A stretch of DNA of 64,000 nt from Opitutales bacterium. GTDB taxonomy: Bacteria > Verrucomicrobiota > Verrucomicrobiia > Opitutales > UBA2987. The stretch lies in the NCBI GenBank assembly GCA_965226885.1, contig CBDDEL010000013.1:224001-288000 (forward strand). The letters run 5' to 3'. The notes beneath the pieces were generated by a model. The model saw only the letters and a list, made by a program, of their open reading frames with translations, was not told the origin of the DNA and made no database searches. Below are positions 1 through 11,755 of the stretch, one piece after another; positions within the stretch are counted from its first letter, which is position 1, and every line of letters begins with the position of its first letter. Position numbers and translations under genes: made by a program.

Positions 1-1402
1 CGTCCTTCAATTCCCGGGTTCCGTCGTTGTCCGAATCGATATAGCCGCCAGCGTCGAGCAACAGGCGTGATTTTTGAGGATCGTAGGAGGAATATTTTCG
101 GGCGGCCTCTGCGGAATAATAAGGACTTCCCGTGCCGAAAGTGTATCCGCTTGGGACAAGAAGGCCATTGTAGGCGATCCGTCCGATTTCCTCCCGGTTA
201 ATGGCGTGGGAGAGGGCAATGCGGACATTTTTCTCTCGAAAGGCTCTTTGCAATGCCGGTGATGGCGCATCCCAGTTCAAATAAAGAGTTGGACCGCGAA
301 CAGGTGTAGACTGCCTTAATTGAAAGCGACCTCTTTTTTCCTCGGCTTTGGCCGCTGGCACCATTTCGGCTTTGAAATTTTCTCCAAAAAGATCGATCTC
401 ACCATTCGTGAATTTGAGCAGAATCATCTGCCTTTCCGGTACGATGCTAAAGAGCAGCCGGTCTGCATAGGGCAACTGGTTGCCGGCGCTGTCCACTTTC
501 CAGTAGTAGGGATTGCGCTCATAAACCACCTTCTGGCCTCGAACCCACTCCACTGGTACCCAGGCTGAAAGTCGCGGAATACCCGGCTCCATAACGAGCC
601 TCCCCGCAGTAACGCTGGTGCGCTTCTTGAAATCATCGTAGGTGGCCTCAGCGTTGTAACGGGGATGATATTTGGCCCATATATGTTTGGGTTGAGCCAG
701 GTCGTCATGGCAAAGGGAGTTCAATACACGGCCCAACGGTTTCGAAGAGGTGATTTTCAACGTGAGATCGTCAACTTTTTCCAGTTTGATAGGTTTGCCA
801 TCGGCAAGCCACTCACTAGGTGGAAAAGGCTCTGTCATAGCGTTTTTATCGAAAACCATGTCGTAATACCAGAAGAGGATGTCATCGACGGTGAAAGGAA
901 TGCCATCGGACCAACGGATTCCCTTGCGGATACGGAAAACAGCCGTTTTACCATCTTCAAAAAATTTATAACTCTCTGCCAAATTCAGTTGGATACTCCT
1001 GGCCACGGGTCGTTCGTAACCCAATAAATTTTCATTCAATGTTTTGGTAATTTCGGTTTCCTGCACAGTGTCGTCGGTGAGAGCGCGGCGAATGGTTCCC
1101 CCGTAAGTTCCGATTTCTTCGATGGGCACCACAACCAGCGGGTTTTCAGGGAGCCTTTCCGACACCGGGGGCAATTCACCACGGGCAACAAGTTTGGCCA
1201 GCATGGGAGCTTCCCCGAAGGAGCGGGTGGCCAGAATGGCAGCGTCTATTTCAAACGGCGCACGGGTTGGTTGCCTGATTTCCAGAGTGGAAGAAGCGCT
1301 CGCTTTCGGCCCATCCGAATTCTCCGGAGGATCTGATTTTATGCAGCCACAGAAAAAAAGACCGCAAAAAAGGAACAACGAATATATAACCTTTCGAAAC
1401 AT
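1..1402 (-). CDS. ABC transporter substrate-binding lipoprotein, family 5 (peptide/oligosaccharide); 3' end runs off the window
   Basis: Translated by hand (not in the ORF track because there is no stop in the window): MFRKVIYSLFLFCGLFFCGC lipoprotein-like signal, EAPMLAKLVARGELPPVSERLPENPLVV, RKGIRWSDGIPFTVDDILF, ERNPYYWKVDSAGNQLPYAD, VRIALSHAINREEI. Confidence 0.9.
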   Translation of the reverse strand, partial: MFRKVIYSLFLFCGLFFCGCIKSDPPENSDGPKASASSTLEIRQPTRAPFEIDAAILATRSFGEAPMLAKLVARGELPPVSERLPENPLVVVPIEEIGTYGGTIRRALTDDTVQETEITKTLNENLLGYERPVARSIQLNLAESYKFFEDGKTAVFRIRKGIRWSDGIPFTVDDILFWYYDMVFDKNAMTEPFPPSEWLADGKPIKLEKVDDLTLKITSSKPLGRVLNSLCHDDLAQPKHIWAKYHPRYNAEATYDDFKKRTSVTAGRLVMEPGIPRLSAWVPVEWVRGQKVVYERNPYYWKVDSAGNQLPYADRLLFSIVPERQMILLKFTNGEIDLFGENFKAEMVPAAKAEEKRGRFQLRQSTPVRGPTLYLNWDAPSPALQRAFREKNVRIALSHAINREEIGRIAYNGLLVPSGYTFGTGSPYYSAEAARKYSSYDPQKSRLLLDAGGYIDSDNDGTRELKD

Positions 1403-1535
1403 TAATTAGTTTTAATTTGAAAGATAATGCATTTCTTATCGATTGCGCCAAAAATATTTCTAGAATCGCACCCGATCTATATAAAAGGCTAATTTTGGCC
1501 AGACATTCAAGTATATTAGAAATAGGAAATATATC

Positions 1536-2435
1536 ATGTTCACTGAGATCAAAGCGGCTGCTATTTCATTCCGGCCACGTAAATACGACCTTGAGGGCAA
1601 TTCCAACCGTCTGGAAAAGGCATTCCGTCAAGCTGCCCAAGAGGGGGCGGATTTGGCCCTCGGTCCCGAAGGTATTCTCGAAGGATACGTTGTCAGCGAT
1701 ATCCTGAAGGGGATTCAGCCCGCTGAACGAATGAGAGAGGTTTCTCTCACAGTGCGCAGTTCCGGGATAGGGAGGTTTCGCCGCCTCGCGCGCGAACTCG
1801 GCATATGCCTGCCATTCGGGTTTGTTGAGAGGATTGGTGAGGAACTCTTTAATTGCGCCATCTTCATCGACCACAGTGGGAAAATCCGTGGAAAACAACA
1901 CAAGATGCAGTTCGGGTGTGGTTATCAAGACTCATGGTGGTTCAATCGCCTGGGCCAACATAGCCGTGCTTTCGCGACGCCCTTCGGTCGCGCAGGTTTC
2001 CTCATTTGCAACGATCGCTGGAACCCGGATATAGCACGCATCCTCGTTCTCGACGAGGCGCGCTACTTACTTATTCCATCGTATGGAAACCGTTCTGCTC
2101 GTCAGGATGCCACTGTTCTGGCTCGGGCGCGGGAAGACGGAGTTCCCATCATCGAGGCCAATGTGGGTGTTACAATGATTGTAAGTAAAGGTGAAATCAT
2201 AAAAAGATCGCGGAAAATCGTGGATATAACTTATGGAACCGGAACCATCGAAATTCCTGCCGCTCCTTCAAAAACAGATCGCGATTGCCAGGAGAAAGCT
2301 TTCCTTAAATCGAGAAAAGAGCAGATGCTGCCCCGCTATAAGAGGTGGATAAAAAAAACCTCAAGCCGCGTGAACCTTCTCAATAATTTATGGAGATTCA
2401 TACCGCCATCTTCAATAATTATTTGTATTGGATGA
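1536..2435 (+). CDS. Carbon-nitrogen hydrolase (nitrilase superfamily)
   Basis: Glu-Lys-Cys triad contexts GPEG, GKQHK, LICNDRW. Contains an in-frame 6-bp duplication (GGAACC x2, 2235-2246). Confidence 0.85.
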   Translation: MFTEIKAAAISFRPRKYDLEGNSNRLEKAFRQAAQEGADLALGPEGILEGYVVSDILKGIQPAERMREVSLTVRSSGIGRFRRLARELGICLPFGFVERIGEELFNCAIFIDHSGKIRGKQHKMQFGCGYQDSWWFNRLGQHSRAFATPFGRAGFLICNDRWNPDIARILVLDEARYLLIPSYGNRSARQDATVLARAREDGVPIIEANVGVTMIVSKGEIIKRSRKIVDITYGTGTIEIPAAPSKTDRDCQEKAFLKSRKEQMLPRYKRWIKKTSSRVNLLNNLWRFIPPSSIIICIG

Positions 2436-2580
2436 GTTATGGATGGCGCTAAGATATACTTATTATATAATCGTAATTTTTAATCTGCCTGGGGAGAGGT
2501 AAAGTCTATGGAGGGGGAAAACCAATGTTGCCAATGGCCGATTAAGGCAAAATGATTCATGTCTAGCATACTTCGTTAAT

Positions 2581-3976
2581 ATGACGGAACCTACCTTGCC
2601 GAATATCCTCGTCATCATGGCTGACGACCATGCCCAGTGGGCAGCCCATTGCTATGGCAATTCGGAGCTGAGAACTCCGAATATGGATTTTCTTGCGGAA
2701 AGCGGGCTGCTCATGCAGAACGCTTACACGCCTTGCCCGGTTTGTTCCCCTGCACGGGCTTGCTTTTTTACCGGGCGTCTGCCTTCCCAGCATGGGATTC
2801 ACGATTTTTTAGCCAGCACCGAGGAGTTTAATCATGGCTGGATGAACGGAGAGACTACTCTGCCCATGTTGCTAAAGGAAAACGGTTATCAAACCGGACT
2901 CATCGGCAAATGGCATTGCACAACGAGCAGCACTGCGCCGCAGCCCGGCTTCGACCGTTGGGTCAGCTATGGTTATAATGAAAAAGCGGGATGGAGAAAC
3001 CAGTACCTCCATCAAGGCCCGACCCTTATTTCGGAGCAGGGCGAGGACAAGCTGATACACGGTTATCAAACCCGTTCTTTCAACCGGCAAGCCGTTCGTT
3101 TTTTACGGGAGCGGGACACGAAACAGCCGTTTTTCCTGTTTGTCGGGCCTACCGATACTCATTTTCCGTTTGTGGGGCACCCCTCCCGGCTGGCGGAGCA
3201 TTACCGGCAAGCCCGCTTTTGGGATATTCCGGAAAATGAAAAGTCCCATTTGGAACCTTCCAGCCACATCTCTCCCTATAAGGGGACTGCAGAAGAAGCG
3301 CTGGCGCAGTATTACTCGGCTGTTGGCATGCTCGACGATCAGATTGGCGTCCTCCTGGATGAACTCAATGGAAGCGGCGACCTCGACAACACCCTGGTTG
3401 TCTATACGTCCGATCACGGGCACATGAACGGGCATTACGGCAAGGGGCAATGCCACCATGCCGCAAAATTTTTACGAGGAGTCCATTCGCGTCCCCTGCC
3501 TCATGCGCTGGCCGAAAAAACTCCCCGCCAAACGGCAGCCGTCCATGCCATTCGATCACTGCGACCTTTTTCAGACCATTCTCGATGCGGCCCAAGTGAA
3601 GTTGTCTTCCGAACAAAAGAAAAAAATCAACAGTCCGGGTCAAAGCCTGCTACCTCATATCGAGGGCATTTCCAGTGATTGGCGCGCCTACCAATTTTGC
3701 GAATACGGGAACGGCCGCATGATTTCCAATAGCAAATTGAAGTTGGTGCGTCGTTATGCGCCCCACTCAGACTTTTATACGGATGAATTTTTCGACCTTT
3801 CCATCGACCCGAGGGAAGCCGTCAATCGAATAGGCGATCCACTTTGGCAGGACAAAATTACCGGCATGGGAAATAGGCTGGAGAAACACTTTCAGCGTTA
3901 CGAGGATCCTCAACGATCAGCCAAAAATATTCAGACCCAGCCGCCCTGCAATTCCAGTGAACTCTGGCGTTCTTAA
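2581..3976 (+). pseudogene. Sulfatase (Cys-type, choline-sulfatase-like), frameshifted
   Basis: PNILVIMADDH, CSPAR (CxPxR), GKWH and SDHG motifs. Removing one G from the GGGG run near 3445-3448 restores GKGNATMPQNFYEESIRVP and joins ORFs 2581-3678 and 3458-3976. Confidence 0.88.
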
Positions 3977-6900
3977 TTCGACTTTGGATAAAAGACCATT
4001 ACTCCGTCCGAATAGCGGTAATATTGGCGGTTGCTTTCGGACTCGGCGAGGAAACGCATCCAGCCTTGGCCGTCAAAAAAATAGAGATCGGGATAATAGG
4101 CTTCTATGGCATATAACCAATCGGCAATTATGGGATCGTAAAGATAAATTCCCTCCGGCGTGGAATCGGGAAATAGGTAGTTAAACCCGTGATCCTCATG
4201 AAATATCCAGGGAAAATAGGAAATGTTGTAGAACCCGAACCAGAGTGAGAAAATCCAGTCCACGGCATTGGGCAGGCGGTTGTGGCTTCCTTGCAGTGGG
4301 TCCTCCATGATAAAGGAAAATTGGTCGTAGTGGGCTGTTCGCCAGGGGTTTTCGCCAATCGATTCGAGGTAGGGCGAAAAGGTTTTCACCTGAATCAATC
4401 CGCCGGGCGTAAACTCGATCAGGCGAATCCAGCCGCCACCGCCGTTTCCGCCCACATGCTGGGCGTTGAATAGCATCTGGTGGACATAATTGGCATTGTC
4501 CCCGAAATCGGTCAGGAAGCTGGCTCCGGTTCTTTCCGAACCCAGGCTGGCCCGGGCGGTATGGCCGTTAAATGTAAATTTGAAATTTGGGTGCAGCTTG
4601 ACCAGTTTATCCCAAAGCTCCTGGCCGTCATTGACCCCGCCGGGGAGGGAGGCCGTCTGGTAGGAGTGGGGGTTCCCGGATTGCCCGGTTCCAAAAGCAT
4701 TCCAATTGTGCCGCTGGTTCTCCGACCAGAGATAGGCATGGGTGAGCAGCACCGCTAGCCCGGATATTTCATGAAGGGTAAAGTTTGGCTCGTTATTGCT
4801 ATTGGAGATGGATTTCTTTGTATTTTGAGCAGATCGTCTTGATTTTTAGGTGTTTTTCAGGGTGTAGAGACACTGCCCCCTTTCCCCCATTGGTTCGGTA
4901 GTGCCGGGGGCAGCACCAATGCACCCTTTAGGTTGGCACCAATCGGCGGGCCGCATGGTTGAAAAGACTGGCCCAAGGATAACTCTCACTTAGGTGAAAG
5001 TGAATCGTTCGGGTGTTGCGCACGATGACCGCTCCGATCTTGATTAATTTGAGCCGCAGGGTGTGGCATTGGGCCCGCGCCGACAAGAGCAATCGCCACT
5101 GATTGGCCCACCATTGATGGGCGCTGGTGCGCTCGCTGAACAATTGCATCTGTTCCTTGATTCGGTTCTCCATTTCACCGCGGCCACAGTATACCTTGTC
5201 GTAAAGCTCCTGGGGATCGCCCGGCAGGTTCGTCACCACGAAGCGCGGGTTGGACCCCTGTGCGGTGTGTTCGGCTTTATGGATGACCAACCGCAGCCAT
5301 CGCCACGAATCGGCAGCATAGACGAAGTCCTGGAATAACCGTTGTTTTTTACCCCTTAGTTCGAACCATTCTTTGGCCTGCTTTTGCAACTGCTGGGCGT
5401 CTTGCTGCAAGCGTGCATTGCGAGCCATCCCCACGATGTAACTAACTTCGTTGCGGTCGCACCAAGAGAGTATCCGGTCTCGACAAAATCCACTGTCGGC
5501 GCGCCAAATAATCCGCGTACGGGGCCAGCTTTGGCGAATCCGTTTAACCAGCAATTTGAGGATGGCCCCGGCATGCTTGCTGGCATCGATCTTGCTCGGC
5601 CGCAGGTAGGCCACCAGCAGCTGATCACCGCAAAAAACATATAGCGGCAGAAAACAGTAATGATCATAATAACCGTGGAAAAAACGTCCCTCCTGGAGCC
5701 CGTGCACCGGATTGTCGGTGGCGTCAAAGTCCAGGATGATCTCTTCGGGTTCCTCGGCAAAGGAGCCCATGAACTGTTCGACCAACAGCTCGTTTACCGC
5801 AAAGGCCGCCCGCCGATCCTGCCCGTTTTCAAAACGACACAAAGTCGGCGCGCTGGCCAACGTTTCAATGCGCCCCGTTACCGTTTGCAACAATGGATCG
5901 TGGCGCAGGGTATCAAAGTCGTTCAAATCCTCATAGCCCGCCACCAGCCCGTAAACGCGCTGCCGCAGCATCCCCAATACCTCATGGCGTACTTTGCCCT
6001 TCTGCCGTTTGTCCACTAACTGTCGGGCCGCTCGTTCGGTCAAGCCCAACTGCCGATCCACTTCCCGGATCAAAAGCAGTCCGGCATCCGAAGTAACCTC
6101 TCCGCCCTTGAAATCAACCCGCACACGGCGGCCTTTTACCCTTGTCAACTGTAGCTTTAATTGTTTACCTTTTGTCATCGCTGATATTGCTTTAATTATT
6201 GATCTATCCTGCTGTATATCAGCAGTTAAGCATATCAACGATACTTTTTTTACGAAATATCCGGGCTAGGTGGTCGCTGTATTGCTCCTGGCTGACAATG
6301 GTGTTGGCCCATTCGACAGTTTCCTCCCGTGGACTCCATTCCAGAGAGAAAATGACAAATTTTTTCCCGTCCGGGGCTGTGAAATCGTAATAGGCGTTCT
6401 GCAGTTCACCGGGCTCCTTCAACCCGGCCAAAATTCCGCCCTGGCTAGGATCGTTGAGCGGATTGTCGGCGGGGGTGAAGTATTCGTTCAACAAGGTGTT
6501 GCGGGTCGAGGCGTTACCGCTAGGGCCGTAGTCGTGGTTTCCCGTAGCCAGGACATAGGGTATTTGCCCGTCGAGGATGGAGAGACCGCTTTTGGCGCGT
6601 ACCCATTGGATACCGCCGTCGTCGTCGTTATCATCGGTTATGTCGCCCTCTTGCAGGGCGATGACGATATTGCGCTCCGTTTTGTGGTCTCTGATCCACT
6701 CCATCATGTTGATCAATACCTGGATGAAGACGGCGTCCTGGGTGTATTTCTGAATATCTGGAATGATGACCATAGTCCAGGAGCCGGGCACAAATGCCGG
6801 AACTTCCTCCGGCGGCGGCAATTCGGAAACCTGGTCAATGTTCAGTGGAGTGGCTTCACCTGAATAAAGAGCCTCCACCTGAGAAGCGGTCAAGGCCTCG

Positions 6901-7613
6901 TCGAATACAGCCATGTCGTCAATGAAACCATCCCAATCCCGCGTCCCGGAGCCGAGTCTGTGATTGCCGATGAAGAACCTGCTCGTTGGCTCCAGATCCG
7001 GCACGTTAGCGGCCAGGGGAGAGGCATCGCGCAATCGGCCATCATGGTAGTATTTTATTATTCGGTCCGTCCGGTTCCAGACCATGGCCACATGATGCCA
7101 CTGCCCGTCATTGACAATGGGACCATTAGTGTTACTCAAGGATCCAGATGGCGAAAGTTCGTAATACCACTCGGCATCCCGGCGATCGTCGTTAAGGCGC
7201 AAGCCGAAGGAAGCGGAGAAAGCGGGCGATGTTTCCCAAATAATATTTCGGAGGTCCGAGCCCGTTGAGGTGATATCTTCAAATTTATACCAGGAAACGA
7301 TGGTGAAAACCTGGGCTCCGTCTGCAAAGACCTCGTTCCCAATAGCTACAAAAGTGCGGTTCCCGTTGCCTGGCCCACTATCCAGTTTCAAGGCCCCCAT
7401 GCCGCGCACGAACTCACCGGATTCCAGAGTGATGCTTGTAAACGGTTCGCCCAGAGGGGTGCCCTCATAAAGGTCGTTGTTTATCTCGCTGGAGTAATCG
7501 GCATCGAACGTCCAGTATGCCGTCAGGCCGGCTTCCGCTGTCAAAGGAAGCAATGAGAAAACAAATAGCAGGCAGGAATTGGTTTTCATACTCATGGATT
7601 CATTTTTATGCAT
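3973..7613 (-). pseudogene. Secreted LamG/concanavalin-like + calcineurin-like metallophosphoesterase + Trp-rich C-terminal domain protein, split by IS1380
   Basis: Signal peptide; LamG motifs (DGQWHHVAMVW, WDGFIDDMAVFDEALT); phosphoesterase motifs PDIQ, GDITD, GNHD, TH, GH. Removing the IS and one CTAG restores in-frame ...YSDHLA-VLLTHAYLWS... Confidence 0.88.
4759..6265 (-). mobile_element. IS1380-family element, copy 1, with a 60-bp internal in-frame deletion
   Basis: Terminal IR CCCGGATATTTC at both ends; CTAG TSD (4755-4758, 6266-6269). Transposase 4928-6238 is 436 aa versus 456 aa in full copies. Confidence 0.96.
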
Positions 7614-8400
7614 TCACCGTTTGCCAGATTTGCAGGCATTTTTCAACCATGGTGGGCAATTCCTCGAGCAGGATCTGGTTGGGGCCGTCGGAGATGGCGT
7701 TTTCCGGATCGGGATGGGTTTCCATAAAAAGACCGTCGGCTCCAGCGGCGAGGGCGGCCTTGGCCAGGGGAAAGACAAATTCCCTTTGACCGCCGGTCTT
7801 GCCTCCACTGGCACCGGGAAGCTGTACGCTGTGGGTGGCGTCGAATATAACGGGTCGGCCAAAAGTTTTTAAAATGGTAAAAGAGCGCATATCCACGACA
7901 AGATTTTGATAGCCGAAGGTCGTCCCGCGCTCGGTCTGCCAGATTTCCCTCGCCCCGCTTTGCCTTATTTTATCGACCACAAAGGACATTTCCGCGGGGG
8001 AAAGAAACTGGCCCTTTTTCACATTAACGACGCGGCCGGTTTGAGCAGCCGCCATCAATAGGTCGGTCTGCCGGCAGAGGAAAGCCGGAATTTGCAAAAC
8101 CTGGCAGACTTCCGCCGCTAATGCCGCCTGGGATGCGGTGTGAACATCGGTCAATAGCGGGAGGCCCGAGTGTTCGCCGATTTTTTTCAAAAGAGCCAGC
8201 CCGGCTTCGATTCCCGGACCCCGCGGGCTGTCCAGTGAAGTGCGGTTCGCTTTGTCATAAGAAGCTTTGAAAATGACTTTGAGGTCTGGGTGCGAAGCCT
8301 GCAAGTTGGCCAAAACCTCTGCCACGGGCAGTGCAATCTCTTCACACTCAAGAGAACAAGGCCCGGCGATGAGGAGGAGCTTGGAGGAGTCGTAAATCAC
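7606..8400 (-). CDS. kdsA: 3-deoxy-8-phosphooctulonate (KDO8P) synthase
   Basis: [51 protein letters not shown] motifs; directly downstream of pyrG. Confidence 0.97.
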   Translation of the reverse strand: MIYDSSKLLLIAGPCSLECEEIALPVAEVLANLQASHPDLKVIFKASYDKANRTSLDSPRGPGIEAGLALLKKIGEHSGLPLLTDVHTASQAALAAEVCQVLQIPAFLCRQTDLLMAAAQTGRVVNVKKGQFLSPAEMSFVVDKIRQSGAREIWQTERGTTFGYQNLVVDMRSFTILKTFGRPVIFDATHSVQLPGASGGKTGGQREFVFPLAKAALAAGADGLFMETHPDPENAISDGPNQILLEELPTMVEKCLQIWQTVNA

Positions 8401-8427
8401 GGAAAATGAATGGCTACAGCCTGTGCC

Positions 8428-10029
8428 TTAACGTTGGTTTCTGCGCTCCAGGGCGGCTGCCACAAATCCTTCAAAGAGAGGATGGGCCTGGCGGGGTTTC
8501 GATTGAAATTCAGGGTGAAATTGAACGCCGACAAACCAAGTGTGATCGGTAATCTCCATAATTTCCACGAGATTGCGCTTCGGATTAACCCCGGCCACCC
8601 TGAAACCCGCTTCCTCGAATTGCTCCATGTATTGGTTATTAAATTCAAATCGATGCCGGTGGCGCTCACGGATGACATCCGCCCCATAGTTCTTTTGCGT
8701 TAGAGTGCCGGCAACCAGTTTGCATTTGTATGAACCCAGTCGCATGGTGGCGCCCTTTTCGGTCAGCTGTTTCTGGTCCTCCATGATGTCGATGACCCGT
8801 TCAACGGCCTCCTCGTCGAACTCCGTGCTGTTGGCCCCTTCGATTTGCAGCACATTTCTGGCATATTCGATGATCGCCACCTGCAAGCCCAGGCAGAGGC
8901 CGAAATAAGGTATCCCGTTTTCGCGCGCGATTTGCGCGGCATCTATCATTCCTGGTATCCCCCTTCTGCCGAAACCACCCGGCACACAAATGCCATCCAG
9001 TTCCAGCAGCCGCTTGTGGCCGTCCCCTTCCTCAAGGAATTCCGAATTGATGCGGTGGATATTGACATGGCAGTCGTTGGCGATTCCGCCGTGGGTGAGC
9101 GACTCGTAAACCGATTTGTAGGCATCCTGTAGCTCAATGTATTTGCCGACCACTCCAATATCCACCCGATGGGCGGGAAACTTTAGGCGGCGGACGACAT
9201 TTTCCCAACCGTTTTCCTCCACTTTTTGAGTGCCCAGTGAGAGCATATCATTGACCAGCCCGTCGAGATTTTCCTGCTGGAGCATGAGGGGCAGTTCATA
9301 GATGGAGGTCTCCACATCCATTTCCTCGATGACCGCTTTCAGTTCCACATTGCAAAAAAGGCTCAATTTTTGGCGTAATTCCAGGTTGAGAGGTTTATCC
9401 GAGCGGCAAACCAGGATGTCGGGCTGGATGCCGATTTCCCGCAGTTTGGCCACGCTTTGCTGGGAAGGTTTGGTTTTCAGTTCCCCTGCCGCGATCAGGT
9501 AGGGAATAAGCGTGCAATGGATAAAAAGCACGTTCTCCTTGCCCACATCGAGGCGAAACTGCCGCATCGCTTCGAGAAAAGGCAAGCCCTCGATATCGCC
9601 CACCGTTCCGCCGAGTTCCGTGACCAGCACATCGATATCATCACCCACAGAATAGAGACGGTTTTTAATTTCATTGGTGACATGAGGAATGACCTGCACC
9701 GTTTGCCCCAGATAGTCGCCCCGGCGCTCCTTGGTGATAACGGTCTCGTAAACCTGGCCCGAGGTGAGATTGTTTTTGCGCGAAAGTTTGCCCGAGGTAT
9801 AACGCTCATAATGGCCCAGGTCCAGATCGGTCTCGGCCCCATCGTCGAGCACATAGACTTCCCCGTGCTGAAAAGGATTCATGGTGCCCGGATCGACGTT
9901 TAAATACGGGTCGAATTTTTGCAGCATGATGCGCAAGCCCCGCTGTTCGAGCAACGCCCCCAAGGCGGCCGTGGTCAATCCTTTGCCCAGGGATGAAACC
10001 ACCCCTCCGGTAATAAAAATATACTTCAT
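8428..10029 (-). CDS. pyrG: CTP synthase
   Basis: [17 protein letters not shown] start, [19 protein letters not shown], GATase GLCLG, RHRHR, QFHPEF. Confidence 0.98.
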   Translation of the reverse strand: MKYIFITGGVVSSLGKGLTTAALGALLEQRGLRIMLQKFDPYLNVDPGTMNPFQHGEVYVLDDGAETDLDLGHYERYTSGKLSRKNNLTSGQVYETVITKERRGDYLGQTVQVIPHVTNEIKNRLYSVGDDIDVLVTELGGTVGDIEGLPFLEAMRQFRLDVGKENVLFIHCTLIPYLIAAGELKTKPSQQSVAKLREIGIQPDILVCRSDKPLNLELRQKLSLFCNVELKAVIEEMDVETSIYELPLMLQQENLDGLVNDMLSLGTQKVEENGWENVVRRLKFPAHRVDIGVVGKYIELQDAYKSVYESLTHGGIANDCHVNIHRINSEFLEEGDGHKRLLELDGICVPGGFGRRGIPGMIDAAQIARENGIPYFGLCLGLQVAIIEYARNVLQIEGANSTEFDEEAVERVIDIMEDQKQLTEKGATMRLGSYKCKLVAGTLTQKNYGADVIRERHRHRFEFNNQYMEQFEEAGFRVAGVNPKRNLVEIMEITDHTWFVGVQFHPEFQSKPRQAHPLFEGFVAAALERRNQR

Positions 10030-10276
10030 CTGATAAAAATGTGAAAATGTGTCCCGGCCATTCCGGGTTAAAGAACCTGATAAGTGCAGGCAGCGGCGAG
10101 TCCCGGTCAAAAGCCATTAAAAGTCAACCCAAAGGACGGTCAATGCAATAGAAGGAAAGATTGTCTCCTCATCAAGGCAAAGATAAACCTTGCTTGTTAA
10201 CCGTTAATTTACATGCACATCCTTTCGGCTAATAATATTTTCTCCCATCCAGAGAAGCAATCCCTTCGGGCAATTA

Positions 10277-11734
10277 TTACTCAAAGGGATGTTTCCGGAA
10301 TGGGCGGAGGGCCATCAGGAATGTAAGGCTGGTAGATATGCCCGTCTCTTTTTTCTTCGAACTCCGATTTAATAGCCTCCCGCAGTTCCGCGTCTGCAAA
10401 CAAATCGACCATGGAAATGGCCAGCGCTTTGGCCGCGTAGAGCATACCCTTATGGCCGATGGAATGTCTGCCGCAGGCGCCACCGGCCAGGCATGCCAGG
10501 GCGATTTTTCCGGTGCCGTGGTGACTGTCAGTTGCAAAGCGGGGACTTTCCAGCTAACGTCGGCTACATCGGTTGGACCGCCGGGTGGATCCTCCTTTGG
10601 TTCTTCGAGAGGTTGCACCTCGCCCAGGAGGCCGGTTTCCTCAATGCCTACTGCGCGTTGGATGGCTCGGGCAAATTCCTGTTCTTCCTCGGTGTATTCA
10701 ATCGGCCCAAGCCATTGCAGGTTTTTATAAATCATCTTTTCGCCCGTCATGTTGACGAGCATTTCGTAGTCCCCCGAAATGATTGAGAGATTGGTTTCAA
10801 CTCCGGCCATGAGGCCCGCCCCCTCTGCAATAGCGCGCACCCGGCTGAGCACATCTTCCACCCCGTCCCGGTGGGAATCCCGTACCCAGCACCACAATTT
10901 GGCATATTCCGGAACAACATTCGGCACGTCGCCGCCTTTTGTAATGGCGTAGTGGATGCGCACCGAGGGTTTCACGTGCTCCCGCAGCATATTGATTCCA
11001 TGGGTGAAAAGCTCGAGCCCATCGACTGCGCTGCGGCCATTCCAGGGGTCATAGGCGGCATGGGAGGCTTGACCATGAAATTCGACGATAAAATCGACGA
11101 GCGCCTGGGAGCTTTGCACATCCGCCTTGATTTCATCATTAGGATGCCAGGAGAGGCAGACATTGAGGTCGTCAAAAAGGCTTTCGCGTGTCATGTAAAT
11201 TTTGCCGCCCACTGATTCCTCCGCCGGGGTGCCGTAGAAACGAACGGTCCCGGTGAGTTTTCCCTGAGCGATCAGTTCCTTTATTGCGAGAGCCGCCCCC
11301 AGGCTTCCCGCGCCCAATAAATTGTGCCCGCATCCATGACCGGCCGCTCCCGGCTCGTAAGCTTCTTTTACTGTCGAGGGTTTTTGGGAAAGTCCCGGTA
11401 AGGCATCGTATTCGCCCAGAACGCCAATGATGGGCGAACCTTTGCCATAACTGGCCACAAATGCGGTCGGCATCCCGGCCACGCCGCGTTCGACCTCAAA
11501 ACCCGCCTGCTCCGCATAATCGGCCAGCGCCTGGGAGGATTGAGTCTCCTTCAATGCAGTCTCGGCATAGGCCCAGATACGATCGCTCAAATCAATGAGG
11601 GCCTCGCGGTGTTTTTCGACCTCCGCGATTGCTTCTTTTTTTTTATCTTCGTTCGCCGCCACGGTGTGCAGGGGCAATGTCCCCATCATAGACAGAATGG
11701 CCGTCACAATCCGATGTTTAATCTTCATAATCAA
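10277..11734 (-). pseudogene. M20 amidohydrolase (AbgB/p-aminobenzoyl-glutamate hydrolase B-like) with C-terminal frameshift
   Basis: GEYDALPGLSQ, GHGCGHNLLG, GTPAEE motifs. After WHAWPV (~10480) the expected tail (ACGRHSIGHKGMLYAAKALAISMVDLF...) continues in another frame, consistent with a 1-nt loss. Confidence 0.8.
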
Positions 11735-11755
11735 TCTACCAATATTTAGAATTGA

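Noticed and set aside
320..1451. Short + strand ORFs at the window start, and the many antisense ORFs within genes and IS copies
   Set aside because: They are shadows of the longer opposite-strand genes.
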